From contig CAVWUU010000004.1 in the NCBI GenBank assembly GCA_963758295.1, positions 1,088,001 through 1,152,000 of the forward strand: 64,000 bases of DNA, read 5' to 3'. The DNA comes from Candidatus Eremiobacteria bacterium. GTDB taxonomy: Bacteria > Vulcanimicrobiota > Vulcanimicrobiia > Vulcanimicrobiales > Vulcanimicrobiaceae. Below, piece by piece: positions 18,526 through 28,469 of the stretch (position 1 is its first letter; every line of letters starts with the position of its first letter). The notes under the pieces were generated by a model that was given only the letters and a program-made list of their open reading frames with translations, made no database searches and was not told where the DNA came from. The translations under genes and the position numbers were made by a program.

Positions 18526-19605
18526 TTTCAGCGCTTCCAACGCGTCCGGAGCTGAGGGAACTTCGCGCGGAAACGGAATGACCCGCGCGCGAAATTCCGC
18601 GGGTTTCGTGAGCGTTGCTTTGCGGCGATCCAGCTTTTTCGCATATACAGACGGTCCCGCAAGATGAATGGAGCCCTCGCGTGGTTCATCGTACCAGTCC
18701 GGGAAGTGCGCGAGCCAAATCCCGACGATCGGGCGTCCGCCCATGGCGAGCGCCGCGTGCAATGGTCCCGACGCGACGCCGATGAAGGCGGCGCTTGCCC
18801 GAAGCAAGCTTAACAGTACGTGGGCGAACGGCACGTCCAAATCGCCGAAGAGATCCTGCGTCGTCGGCGCCAATCCGCGCTCGCGTCCAATGCTCTCGGA
18901 CCGGCGCTCGTCGATGGTCACCACGCGCATCAGTGGATCGTGCGTGCGCAACAAACGCGCAAAGCGTTGTACTTCTTCTTCCGGCCAAATCTTCTTGAGG
19001 TTCGTGTGGCCGCCGGCCGCAACCACCACGAGCCGTTCGTTTCTTCCAACGCACTCACGAAGGCGTTCCTCGATTCGAGCTGCGCTTTGCGCCGGCGCGG
19101 TGAAACGCAGCGAAGACGGCAGCGGGGCGCGCAAATCGAACGAAGCCAGCCGCTCGGGTGTAACGAGATCGCGAGCGAGCGCACGTGCCTTGGTGTGAAA
19201 CGGAAACGCCAGTTGGCCCTCGTACTCGGGATAATCAGTGTAAAGCACCGCATCGATGCCTACCGCTTCCATTCGGCTGCGAAGCGGTTCGGGCACGTTA
19301 AGCCGCATCTCGCGATTGCGGATCTTCTTAAAGTTGACGCCAAGATGACGTGCATCGCGGGAGCTGCCGTCGTCTACGGCGCGCTGACCGCTGTAAAGCG
19401 GGTTGACGATAGCATCTTCGTCGTACAAGTGCACGAAGTCGTCGCCGAAGCGCGTAAGGTAATACGTGTTGCTCGGCTCGAGCAGCGGCGCGACATAGCT
19501 CAAATGCACGAAGTCGCCCAGGCCGTGCGGCCAATAGATGAGAACACGTCGGTCTCGCAAACGCGCGAACGCGCCGCCGCGTTCGTCGTAAACCGGCAGC
19601 TCCAT
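18514..19605 (-). CDS. Glycosyltransferase, GT9 (heptosyltransferase)-like
   Basis: HGLGDFV near the N-terminus, K.WPEE, FIGVASGPLHAALA. Confidence 0.7.
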   Translation of the reverse strand: MELPVYDERGGAFARLRDRRVLIYWPHGLGDFVHLSYVAPLLEPSNTYYLTRFGDDFVHLYDEDAIVNPLYSGQRAVDDGSSRDARHLGVNFKKIRNREMRLNVPEPLRSRMEAVGIDAVLYTDYPEYEGQLAFPFHTKARALARDLVTPERLASFDLRAPLPSSLRFTAPAQSAARIEERLRECVGRNERLVVVAAGGHTNLKKIWPEEEVQRFARLLRTHDPLMRVVTIDERRSESIGRERGLAPTTQDLFGDLDVPFAHVLLSLLRASAAFIGVASGPLHAALAMGGRPIVGIWLAHFPDWYDEPREGSIHLAGPSVYAKKLDRRKATLTKPAEFRARVIPFPREVPSAPDALEALKLLR

Positions 19606-20687
19606 CAGCGTTTTTCCGAAGCCACCCGTTCGACGATGGCGCGGAATCGCTCGATGAAGCGTTCGGGCGAAAACGTTTCGGCATGCGCCCGCAAAAGAGA
19701 CGGTTGGAAGCGCGCATCGTCGAACGAACGTAGAACCCCTGCGAGCGATTGCGGAGTCGCTTCATCGAAAAACGAGCCTGTAAGGCCCTCGATCACCGTT
19801 TCGCGCGCGCCGCCGCCGCGGTACGCAATGGTCGGTCGTCCCGCAGCCGCCGCTTCGATCGGAACGAGTCCCAGATCTTCTTCACCAGGTAGAATCGCCG
19901 CGCGTGCGTCACCGATCAGCCGGTTCACCTCTTCATCCGAAACATACCCGAGCATCGTCGTCGTACTGCCCCTAGCGCGTTCCCGAAGGGCGCGTTCGGC
20001 GGGACCGGTCCCTGCAACGAACAATTTCACGCCGGCGAGCTGCGCCGCGTCGATCGCCAGATCGATGCGCTTGTACGGCAGCAGACGCGACGCAATGAAA
20101 AAGTAGTCACCGGAGCCGCGTCCGACGGTAAAGCGGCCAACGTCTGCGGGTGAATGCAAGACTTCGGAAGGCCGATGGTAATAGTCGCGCACGCGTTCGG
20201 CCACGGTGTGCGAGTTCGCCACGTAATGCGTAGGCCGTTGCGCCGCCTCCAGGTCCCACGCGGCGAGCCGGTTTACAACGGGCCGCGCAATCGCGGCCAC
20301 GCCGAACCCGCCCAGATACCGGTCGTAGTCGAAGAGAAAGCGGCTGACCGTGTGAATGAAGCACACATGCACCGCATCGGCGTTAAAACGGACGCCTTTC
20401 GCCCACGACGCCGTCGAACTGACGATGACGTCGTACTGTGAAAGATCGAACGCTTCAAAGGCGCGCGGATAAAAGGGAGCAAGATAACGGAAGCGGCGGT
20501 TTGCGCCGGGCACCTTCGCGAGCGCCGACGTGCGAACGCGCGAGCGCGGCACGAGATCGCCGACGGCGGCTTCGTCATAAAGCGCGGTATAGACCGGTGC
20601 CTCCGGCCACGCGCGTGTAAAATGCGCGAAGACGCGTTCTGCGCCTCCGCGTTGATTCAAGTAATCGTGGACTAGTGCGACTCTCAG
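19605..20687 (-). CDS. Glycosyltransferase family 4
   Basis: RVALVHDYLNQRGGAERV, SRLLPYKRID and EEDLGLVPIEA motifs; the natural start position is a CTG at 20687. Confidence 0.88.
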   Translation of the reverse strand: MRVALVHDYLNQRGGAERVFAHFTRAWPEAPVYTALYDEAAVGDLVPRSRVRTSALAKVPGANRRFRYLAPFYPRAFEAFDLSQYDVIVSSTASWAKGVRFNADAVHVCFIHTVSRFLFDYDRYLGGFGVAAIARPVVNRLAAWDLEAAQRPTHYVANSHTVAERVRDYYHRPSEVLHSPADVGRFTVGRGSGDYFFIASRLLPYKRIDLAIDAAQLAGVKLFVAGTGPAERALRERARGSTTTMLGYVSDEEVNRLIGDARAAILPGEEDLGLVPIEAAAAGRPTIAYRGGGARETVIEGLTGSFFDEATPQSLAGVLRSFDDARFQPSLLRAHAETFSPERFIERFRAIVERVASEKR

Positions 20688-21985
20688 GGACTCTGCTGCT
20701 TGTCGCGCGGCAATACAAGAGCGATCGCGGGATTGCCCATGTACGTGCGTGCGACGCGTTGCAGATCCGCTGCCGTCGTGCCTTGGATCGCCTGAAGCGT
20801 ACGGTTCAAGTAGTCGGGCGACGATCCGTTCTGCGCAAAGAGTACCGCAAGCCACGCACGCGACTGCAACGACGTCGCATCGTTCACGAAATCACCGGCG
20901 GCCATCGCCTTGAACTCGTCGATCGACCCTTGCAACTTCGTGGCCGCGAGGATGCTCGCGATCGAAAGCGCCGTCGCAAAGGCGCGATTCGGATTGCCGA
21001 TGTTTCCATCAACGTAGAGCGTCAGATTCGCCGGCGCGCGATCGTACTGGTAAAGCGCACCGACGGCGCGCGAGGCAAACGTCGGGGAAACGACGCCCGG
21101 TACTTCGGCAATGTCGGCGAGCGTGCGCTGCAAAAATGCGCTGAGCACGAGCATCGGCCCGAAGTCTTTGCTGTCGATCGGCGGAGCGGAGTACTGAGCA
21201 ACGAGCCACGGCGCTTGAATGTCACGGTGGGCGATCAACTCACGCGTCGTGCCTTCAAGTTTCGGCAGCTTGATGTTGACGGCCGGCGTGTCGCCCGCGG
21301 GAAGCGCTTGCGCGAGGCTCTGGATGGCGTTGGGCGCCAGTACGTCCGAGCGTCCGACCGCACTTACGTAAGCGCCGCCCTGATGGTAATACTTATTGAA
21401 GAACGCGCGCACGTCTTCGGGACCGAACTGCGCAAGCGACGCAGGCATGCCAAGTGGCGGCAACCCGACGTTAGCCGACGGCGCCGACATGCCGCTGAGC
21501 ATATCGAGACCTACTTGCAACGCCTCTTGTTGATTGGCCGCAATCTGCTTCATCAGCGCTCCGCGCGCCGCATTTACCGTAGACGGGTTGATCGCCGGCG
21601 ATGCAAAGGCACGTTGAACGAGCGCCATGACCGCGGGCGCATCGGTCGGTAATGACTCGATGGCGAATCGAACTCCGCTCGGGTCGACGCCCGGCTTAAT
21701 GGATCCGCCGTGCGCGGCAATAGCGTCTTCCAACGGCGTACCGTCGACCGGCGTACGAAGGATCGTCTGCGCGGTCAATGCTGCCAAGCCGTTTTGTTGC
21801 AGCGTCTGGCGATCCAAACCGGCGCGTACGAGGAATTCGATATGCAGCAACGGTGCAGATGAATCTTGCTGCTCGATGATCGTAACGCCGCCGGCGCGTT
21901 GGATAACGGGAGCGGCCGCCTGCGCGGCAACCGGCATGGCGAGGAACGCGATCAACGCGGCGGCCGTGAGCGAGCGCAACTTCAA
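20684..21985 (-). CDS. Secreted M16 (insulinase) peptidase-like protein lacking HxxEH
   Basis: Signal peptide; GLAALTAQTIL where HxxEH is expected; EDVRAFFNKYY and TAADLQRVARTYM M16 patterns. Confidence 0.75.
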   Translation of the reverse strand: MKLRSLTAAALIAFLAMPVAAQAAAPVIQRAGGVTIIEQQDSSAPLLHIEFLVRAGLDRQTLQQNGLAALTAQTILRTPVDGTPLEDAIAAHGGSIKPGVDPSGVRFAIESLPTDAPAVMALVQRAFASPAINPSTVNAARGALMKQIAANQQEALQVGLDMLSGMSAPSANVGLPPLGMPASLAQFGPEDVRAFFNKYYHQGGAYVSAVGRSDVLAPNAIQSLAQALPAGDTPAVNIKLPKLEGTTRELIAHRDIQAPWLVAQYSAPPIDSKDFGPMLVLSAFLQRTLADIAEVPGVVSPTFASRAVGALYQYDRAPANLTLYVDGNIGNPNRAFATALSIASILAATKLQGSIDEFKAMAAGDFVNDATSLQSRAWLAVLFAQNGSSPDYLNRTLQAIQGTTAADLQRVARTYMGNPAIALVLPRDKQQSP

Positions 21986-23280
21986 GAGGAAGACTCCTTA
22001 GATTCGGTCGCCTGCAATTGCACGACGACAGGGTGCGCGAGATACTGCCGCACTACCGATGCGACGAAGCCCGGATCGAGCGAACGCGCGAGATTCCAAT
22101 ACGTGCTTTGCGGATCGCTTGGCGCATAGGCGGCGTTGCCTTCGGATGCATACCAGCCGAGATTGTCGGCCTGCTGCTCCGGCAATTGCGTATCGGAAGC
22201 AAGATGATAGAGAAACGCTTCCCGCGCCGCCCCGAAGGTGTTGGCATCGAGGGGCTGCTGAAGCTTTGCGAGCGTGTCCATTACGCGGCGTTGCAGATCG
22301 GCGGTCTTCTTTCCGCCGACCGTGACAAGCATTACGCCCGGGTGATGAAGCGTGATGAATTGCCCGTTGACGAAATCGTCGCTCGTAGGATCGAGCCCTT
22401 TACTCAAAAGCCCCGTGTCCTCACGAAAAAGATAGTCCGCAATAAAATCCATTGCCGTCGCCGAGCGTTCGTCGGCGATCGCCGGTCCAACCCACGCCAT
22501 GCCGACGCCGGGAACAGTCGCGGGAACGACGGACTGCGCGGGCGGCGAGGATGCAACGACCGAGTCGATCGGCGCGTCGCTGTTGCCGCCGCTGCCGGCC
22601 GTCACCGCGGCGACGAAGACCGGATCCACGTTGCCGGTGAGCGTAAGCGTCGCATTTCCCGAACGGAACGCGCGGTGGGCGAACCCGGTCACTTGCGCGA
22701 GCGAAATCTTCGTGATGTCCGGAACGGCGTTTGGAATCGGCGGATAGTGCGCCGCGCCGCCGGTAAAAATTCGTTCGAAGAGTTGATCGTGCAACAGCTG
22801 GTCGAACGAGTAGCGCTTCTGGACGCCCAATACCGCGACGTCGCGCTGCGCCGCCTTCAACGCATTGTCGTCGACCGTGGGCGAAAAGTACGCCGACGTG
22901 ATGGCGGCAATTGCGCGCCGCGCCGCATCGGCCGGGACGACGACGCTAACGCCGACGATGTCCGGATACACGTTGATCGTGAGTCGTCCGCCCAGTCCGC
23001 GCACGAACGTCACCAACGACTTTCCGCTTTCGAGCGGCGCCGCGGCGACGGCCGTAGCCGCTAAACGTGAAATGCCGGGCGACGCGTTGTCGTACCCGGC
23101 ACCCGGCGCGCGAAACCACAAATCTATCGCAGCATTTCCAAGCGCGGTATCGCGATAGATAATGTAGGACCCGCCATGTGGCAGGGTCCCACTTTGTCCG
23201 GACTGTTCGGCAGCAGGCGCCGCAAGCGGCGCCAACGAGACCGTCAGCGCCAGCGCTGCAACGAGCGCGCGTCGCTTCAT
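21982..23280 (-). CDS. Secreted M16 peptidase-like protein lacking HxxEH
   Basis: Signal peptide; IDLWFRAPGAG..PGISRLAATAV at the HxxEH position; C-terminal VASVVRQYL. Confidence 0.7.
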   Translation of the reverse strand: MKRRALVAALALTVSLAPLAAPAAEQSGQSGTLPHGGSYIIYRDTALGNAAIDLWFRAPGAGYDNASPGISRLAATAVAAAPLESGKSLVTFVRGLGGRLTINVYPDIVGVSVVVPADAARRAIAAITSAYFSPTVDDNALKAAQRDVAVLGVQKRYSFDQLLHDQLFERIFTGGAAHYPPIPNAVPDITKISLAQVTGFAHRAFRSGNATLTLTGNVDPVFVAAVTAGSGGNSDAPIDSVVASSPPAQSVVPATVPGVGMAWVGPAIADERSATAMDFIADYLFREDTGLLSKGLDPTSDDFVNGQFITLHHPGVMLVTVGGKKTADLQRRVMDTLAKLQQPLDANTFGAAREAFLYHLASDTQLPEQQADNLGWYASEGNAAYAPSDPQSTYWNLARSLDPGFVASVVRQYLAHPVVVQLQATESKESSS

Positions 23281-25190
23281 GCGGGTTCCGGCGATATTTT
23301 CGGCGGAATGCGCGACGGCTTTTCGCGCTGCGGCTCCTCTGCCGGTTTCTCCGGTTCCGGAGCGCTTGCGACGGCGCTACCGCCGGAGTTGCGGTCGAAC
23401 GGCTTGTTTTCCAGAATCGAACGAACTTCTTCCGCTTCGACGGTCTCATATTCGAGCAGCGATTTGACCATCCGCTCGACCTTCTGCCAGTTATCGGTCA
23501 GAATCTTGCGGCCGTGCTGGTAGCAGTCCTCGATGATGCGCCGCACCTCGCCGTCGATCTTGCTCGCAACTTCTTCGGAGTAGTTGCGCTCTTCGCCGAA
23601 ATCGCGGCCCAAGAACACCTGATGGCTGCCGCGGCCGAATTGAATCGGTCCGAGGTCGCTCATGCCGTATTGCGTCACCATGCGGCGCGCAAGTTCGGTA
23701 GCTTTTTGGAAGTCGTTGCTTGCGCCGGTCGTTACGTCGCCGAACTGAATTTCTTCGGCGAGCCGTCCGCCGAGCGCCATCGTGATCTGCGCGATGATTT
23801 CTTCGCGCGTCATCGAGTGGCGGTCGTCTTCGGGCAGCGACCACGTGAGCCCAAGCGCCATACCGCGCGGAATGATCGTGACCTTGTGCACCGGATCCGC
23901 CTTATCGAGCAGCCCGCCGACGATGGCGTGGCCCGATTCGTGATACGCGGTGAGCTGTTTCTCTTTTGAAGACATCACCGTAGACTTGCGTTCCGGACCG
24001 ACCATGACGCGGTCGATCGCTTCGTCGCAGTCGTTCATCTCGATGATGTTCTTGTTCTTACGCGCCGCGAGCAACGCCGCTTCGTTCAGCAAATTCTCGA
24101 GATCCGCACCCGAGAAGCCCGGCGTGCGTTTAGCAAGCGTTTCGAGAGAGACTTCTTTCGAAAGCGGTTTGTTGCGCGCGTGCACTTCGAGGATCTTCTG
24201 GCGGCCGCGGAAGTCCGCGCGATCGACGACGATCTGCCGGTCGAAGCGTCCCGGACGCAACAGCGCCGGGTCGAGAACGTCCGGGCGGTTCGTCGCCGCG
24301 ATCAAAATCACGCCGGTATTCTGGTCGAAGCCGTCCATTTCAACGAGCAATTGGTTGAGCGTTTGTTCGCGCTCGTCGTGTCCACCGCCGAGGCCCGCAC
24401 CGCGTTGGCGGCCGACCGCGTCGATTTCGTCGATGAACACAATACAAGGCGCCGATTTCTTTGCTTGATCGAAGAGGTCGCGAACGCGCGACGCACCGAC
24501 ACCAACGAACATCTCCACGAAGTCGGAGCCGGAGATCGAGAAGAACGGCACGCCGGCTTCGCCTGCAATCGCGCGAGCGAGAAGCGTCTTACCGGAGCCC
24601 GGAGGGCCAAGCAGCAGCACGCCCTTCGGAATGCGCGCGCCGAGCGCTTGATACTTCTTCGGATACTTGAGGAAATCGACGATTTCGCCGAGCTCCTCTT
24701 TGGCTTCGTCTACGCCCGCAACGTCGGCGAACGTCACCTTAGGACGATTCTCCGACATCATCTTCGCCCGGGAGCGTCCGAACGAAAGCGCCTGGCTGCC
24801 TCCGCTCTGCGCCTGCCTCAGGATAAAGAACAGGAAGAGTGCCATCAATAGGAGCGGGGCGAGCGTAACGAGACTCGAGAGCAAACCGCTGTTGGTCTGC
24901 TGTTCGAAGTTCACTTGACCGCTCTTGACGTGCGCTTGGACGTCCTTGACGAACTCTTGGTCGGTGTTCGGAAGTGAAACGGTGTACTTGCCGCCGCCCG
25001 AGAGATCGCCCGACGCCTGTTGTCCAACGGCGTGGAACGACTGAATCTGCCCTGCTTCAAGCTTCTGGTAGAAAACGCCGTAGTCTAGACGGGTCGCCCC
25101 TTCGCCGGGCTGTACGACGCGCTCGACGATGAGAAACACCGCCACTACGGCGAGGACGATCAAGAGGATCGATCGGAGATGTTTTGTCAC
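23277..25190 (-). CDS. ftsH: ATP-dependent zinc metalloprotease FtsH
   Basis: Two TM segments, [13 protein letters not shown], second region of homology, HESGH. Confidence 0.98.
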   Translation of the reverse strand: MTKHLRSILLIVLAVVAVFLIVERVVQPGEGATRLDYGVFYQKLEAGQIQSFHAVGQQASGDLSGGGKYTVSLPNTDQEFVKDVQAHVKSGQVNFEQQTNSGLLSSLVTLAPLLLMALFLFFILRQAQSGGSQALSFGRSRAKMMSENRPKVTFADVAGVDEAKEELGEIVDFLKYPKKYQALGARIPKGVLLLGPPGSGKTLLARAIAGEAGVPFFSISGSDFVEMFVGVGASRVRDLFDQAKKSAPCIVFIDEIDAVGRQRGAGLGGGHDEREQTLNQLLVEMDGFDQNTGVILIAATNRPDVLDPALLRPGRFDRQIVVDRADFRGRQKILEVHARNKPLSKEVSLETLAKRTPGFSGADLENLLNEAALLAARKNKNIIEMNDCDEAIDRVMVGPERKSTVMSSKEKQLTAYHESGHAIVGGLLDKADPVHKVTIIPRGMALGLTWSLPEDDRHSMTREEIIAQITMALGGRLAEEIQFGDVTTGASNDFQKATELARRMVTQYGMSDLGPIQFGRGSHQVFLGRDFGEERNYSEEVASKIDGEVRRIIEDCYQHGRKILTDNWQKVERMVKSLLEYETVEAEEVRSILENKPFDRNSGGSAVASAPEPEKPAEEPQREKPSRIPPKISPEPA

Positions 25191-25319
25191 TTTAAAATAA
25201 TTGCTTTCGGTTGAAATGACGGTGCACGCTGCGCACCGTCCGGCACTCCGGCCAGCTTCCGGCAGAGGGCGGCATCTGTGTGTGGCATTCGTTCGGGGCT
25301 CTGGTCCACTAGTAGGATA

Positions 25320-25900
25320 CTAGTCTTCCTTAAAAATCGCTGATCGCAACTGGGCAAGGTAGGGCAGGTTCCGGAACAATTCCTGATAGTCCAAACCGTA
25401 ACCTACGACGAATTCGTCGGGGGCCTGGAGGCCGACGTACTCGACCGGTACCTCCACCCGCCGGTGGTAGGGCTTGTCGAAGAGCACGCAAGACCGGAGG
25501 CTCGCGGGCTTTCGCTCCGCGAGTAACGTCCGAAGATACTGCAGCGTGAGGCCGTTGTCCACGATATCCTCGACGATCACGACTGCCCGTCCCCTTACCG
25601 GCCGGCTGGTATCCTGGAGCATCCGCACTTCGCCGCTCGGACCGCGTCGAATTGCCGTAGCTCGATACACAAATGTAGTCCACCACGATTTCGCTCGGGC
25701 CGTCCGGCACGGCTGCGATGGCACGTGCGAGATCGGAAACGACGTACAGCGCTCCTTTCAACACACCGAGCAACGTGAGAGGTTGCCCCCGGTAGTCCTC
25801 GGCAATTTGACGCGCCAGACGCTCGATCGCTTGCCGAATGTCTTCACGAGTGTGTAAGCACCCGCTCGATTGTCCCATCGTAAGTATCGGTAACGTTCAT
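25320..25900 (-). CDS. hpt: Hypoxanthine phosphoribosyltransferase, broken by two +1 indels (about 25855 and 25640)
   Basis: Three frames join to MNVTDTYDGTIERVL/HTREDI..GVLKGA..SSYG/SGEVR..IVEDIVDNGLTL..FVVGYGLDY; span 581 = 193 codons + 2. Confidence 0.9.
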
Positions 25901-26790
25901 CGCTTTTCTTTCGACGGCTGCAATGGCGCCGCGTTCGATGCAAAGATCGACGCCCGCTTTCATATGGAAGCGGCCCGAACCGCCCGTTTCGAGCGCCCGA
26001 ACGGCTGCTTCGACATGCGCGAAGTCGACGTCGCGAAGCCCCTCTTGCTCGCTAAGCACTCGACGGACTTCACGGCGAAGAAAAGCGCACGCTCGGAAGG
26101 TTTGCGCTCCTCTCTAACGAGTTCCGCGGTACGGGCGACGGCGGCGTCGAGTCCGGGAAATAGCGGCCTGAGCGCGTCGAGCGCTGCCCGAACGGCGTTG
26201 CGGCGATAGCCCGCATCGGCGTTCGTCGGGTCCACGGCATACGGCAAACTGTGCACGTGACAGTAGTATCGCAAATCTTCTGCCGGGATACGCAGCAATG
26301 GTCGCACCAGCTCGATGTTTTCTTCGAGCGGGCGGCGGGGCGCAATGCCCGCTAATCCGTCCGGTCCCGCTCCGCGAAAGAGCGCAAGCAATACCGTTTC
26401 GCTTTGGTCTTCACAGTGATGGCCGGTCGCAACGGCGCCGGCTTTCCGCTCGCGCGCGATGCGGGCAAGCGCGGCATATCGCGCATCGCGCAACGCTTCT
26501 TCACTCGCGTCTAAGCCATCGAGCGAAACGACGTCGACGGGCAAGCCGAACGTCGCGCCGCACCGCAACACCACGCACTCGTCTTGCCACGCGGATTCGC
26601 GCGTTCCATGATGCACGTACGCCAAGCTCAAGCGCAGATCCATCGGTTTTCCTACAGCCGCGAGCGCCGCCGCCAAAGCGATCGAATCAGCTCCGCCGCT
26701 GCATGCGACAACGACGCGTTCGCCGCGGCGAATGACGCCGTCGCGTTCGATGGACTGCTCGAGGGCTGTTTCCGGTTTAGCGCCGCGCAT
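25897..26790 (-). CDS. tilS: tRNA(Ile)-lysidine synthase TilS (short form), frameshift at about 26082; 3' end uncertain
   Basis: SGGADS PP-loop, GHHCEDQSET, RPLL, DPTN..RN.VR; continues in another frame as LRREVRRVLSEQEG after a T run. Confidence 0.9.
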
Positions 26791-26801
26791 GTCGATTAGG
26801 A

Positions 26802-27293
26802 CTAATGAACGTGACGTGCCATCTCACGTTCGACGTCGCGCTTGGCGACGGACTCACGCTTGTCCCACATCTTCTTGCCGCGCGCCAATCCGAGTTCGAC
26901 CTTCACCATGCCGCGCGTAAAATACATCCGCAGCGGAACGATGGTGAGGCCCTTCTCTTTCACGCGGGCCTGCAAGTCGGCAATTTGCGCTTTATGAAGC
27001 AGCAGTTTACGGGGACGGTTCGGCTCGACGTTCGAAAAACTGCCTTCTTTATACGGGGGAACGTGCATGCTCATGAGCCACGCTTCGCCGTCGCGAAAAC
27101 GCGCGTAGGCCTCGTTCAAGCTCACGCCGCCCATCCGAATCGACTTGACCTCCGTGCCGGTCAGCGCAAGCCCGGCTTCGAGCGATTCGAGAATGTGGTA
27201 TTCGTGACGCGCTCGACGGTTGTCGATTGCGGGCGTGTTATGACGGCGCTTTTCCTCGGCCGCTTTTGCGCGCTGCTGTTTCATTTTAGCCAT
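26802..27293 (-). CDS. smpB: SsrA-binding protein SmpB
   Basis: NRRARHEY, EAGLALTGTEVKS, RKLLLHK and GKKMWDKR motifs. Confidence 0.97.
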   Translation of the reverse strand: MAKMKQQRAKAAEEKRRHNTPAIDNRRARHEYHILESLEAGLALTGTEVKSIRMGGVSLNEAYARFRDGEAWLMSMHVPPYKEGSFSNVEPNRPRKLLLHKAQIADLQARVKEKGLTIVPLRMYFTRGMVKVELGLARGKKMWDKRESVAKRDVEREMARHVH

Positions 27294-27305
27294 GATAAAG
27301 ATTCT

Positions 27306-27743
27306 TTATCGCGTAGCCGGATTGCGGCGGTCCATCGCCGCGTCAAGCGGGCCCATGGAAACGAAATTTCCGTCGCCCTGCACGAGCGTCGTACCCGATG
27401 CATCAAGCACCGTTGCTTCTAACCCGAGGACGTTGCGCCGCTGCCATGCGATGCGGCCGCGCACCTGAAGCGGCTCGCCCAACGGAACGGGCTTTCGAAA
27501 ACGCACGTTCATACTTCCCGTCACGCCGCGGTGTCCGGCATGACCGGCTGCGTGCGCCATCGCTTCATCGAGAAGCGCCATCGCGATTCCGCCGTGGGCA
27601 ATGTTTTGCCAGCCTTGAAAATCAGAACCGAGCGTAACACGCGCGAGCACGCCTTCACCGTCGCCGTCGAAATGTAAATGTAAACCAATGGGGTTGTCGG
27701 GGCCGCATGCAAAACACTTCCCGTCGTCGATCGGCACGCTCAC
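27306..27743 (-). CDS. PaaI family thioesterase
   Basis: CFACGPDNPIGL and HGG..LLDE hotdog-fold motifs. Confidence 0.88.
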   Translation of the reverse strand: MSVPIDDGKCFACGPDNPIGLHLHFDGDGEGVLARVTLGSDFQGWQNIAHGGIAMALLDEAMAHAAGHAGHRGVTGSMNVRFRKPVPLGEPLQVRGRIAWQRRNVLGLEATVLDASGTTLVQGDGNFVSMGPLDAAMDRRNPATR

Positions 27744-28469
27744 CTACCGCCCGGCCTCCAGACGCTGTGCCAGATAATCCGGCAAATGCGCCTCGTGGAT
27801 CTTTTCTTGCACCATTTCAATGGGATAGTCGTAACGCACCCATTCGACGCGGCGACTCTCCGAATCGAACCGCACGAACGACGCGTCCGGATTTAAGTCG
27901 CGCGGTTGCCCAACGCTTCCCACATCGACGATGTACCGCTTTCCGGGCTCCAGTTCAAGCTCTCCGCCTTTTTGCATGTGCTTGTGGCTCACGGTCCCGT
28001 CGAGTTCCAGCGCCCAATATTCCGCGATGTGCGTGTGGCCGACGAAAACCAGCGGGGCGTCCGTAGCATTGAACGCTCTTAATGCGGTGCGCTTGTCGAG
28101 AATGTACTCGAAGTAGTTTACCGGAGCGCCGTGTACCAGCAGAAACTCCGGAAAGCGCAGCTCGTACGATAGCGCGTTCAGCCACGTGCGGTTGTCGTCG
28201 TCCAACACGTCTTGCGTCCACGCAATCGCGGCGCGCGCCACGTCGTTGAAGTACTCCACGCCGAAGTTTTCCAGCGCCGCCAGATCGTGGTTGCCCAGCA
28301 CCGCATGCTTTGCGCGTTCGCGCACCATCCGGACGCATTCGTTCGGATTCGGACCGTAACCGACGACATCGCCAAGACACATCACGATGTCTTCGTCATC
28401 GATCATCGCGAAGGCGCGTTGGAGCGATTCCAGATTGCCGTGCACGTCTGAAACGATCGAGTACTTCAA
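27744..28469 (-). CDS. Metallophosphoesterase
   Basis: SDVHGN, GDVVGYG, GNHD, GHTH and GSVGQPRD motifs. Confidence 0.92.
   Translation of the reverse strand: MKYSIVSDVHGNLESLQRAFAMIDDEDIVMCLGDVVGYGPNPNECVRMVRERAKHAVLGNHDLAALENFGVEYFNDVARAAIAWTQDVLDDDNRTWLNALSYELRFPEFLLVHGAPVNYFEYILDKRTALRAFNATDAPLVFVGHTHIAEYWALELDGTVSHKHMQKGGELELEPGKRYIVDVGSVGQPRDLNPDASFVRFDSESRRVEWVRYDYPIEMVQEKIHEAHLPDYLAQRLEAGR

Noticed and set aside
18820..23969. Long plus-strand ORFs (18820-20106, 20675-21652, 22018-23064, 23178-23969)
   Set aside because: They are antisense shadows of well-supported minus-strand genes in GC-rich DNA, Arg-rich and without motifs.
26790..27310. tmRNA next to smpB
   Set aside because: There is no intergenic space and no tRNA-like ssrA ends nearby.
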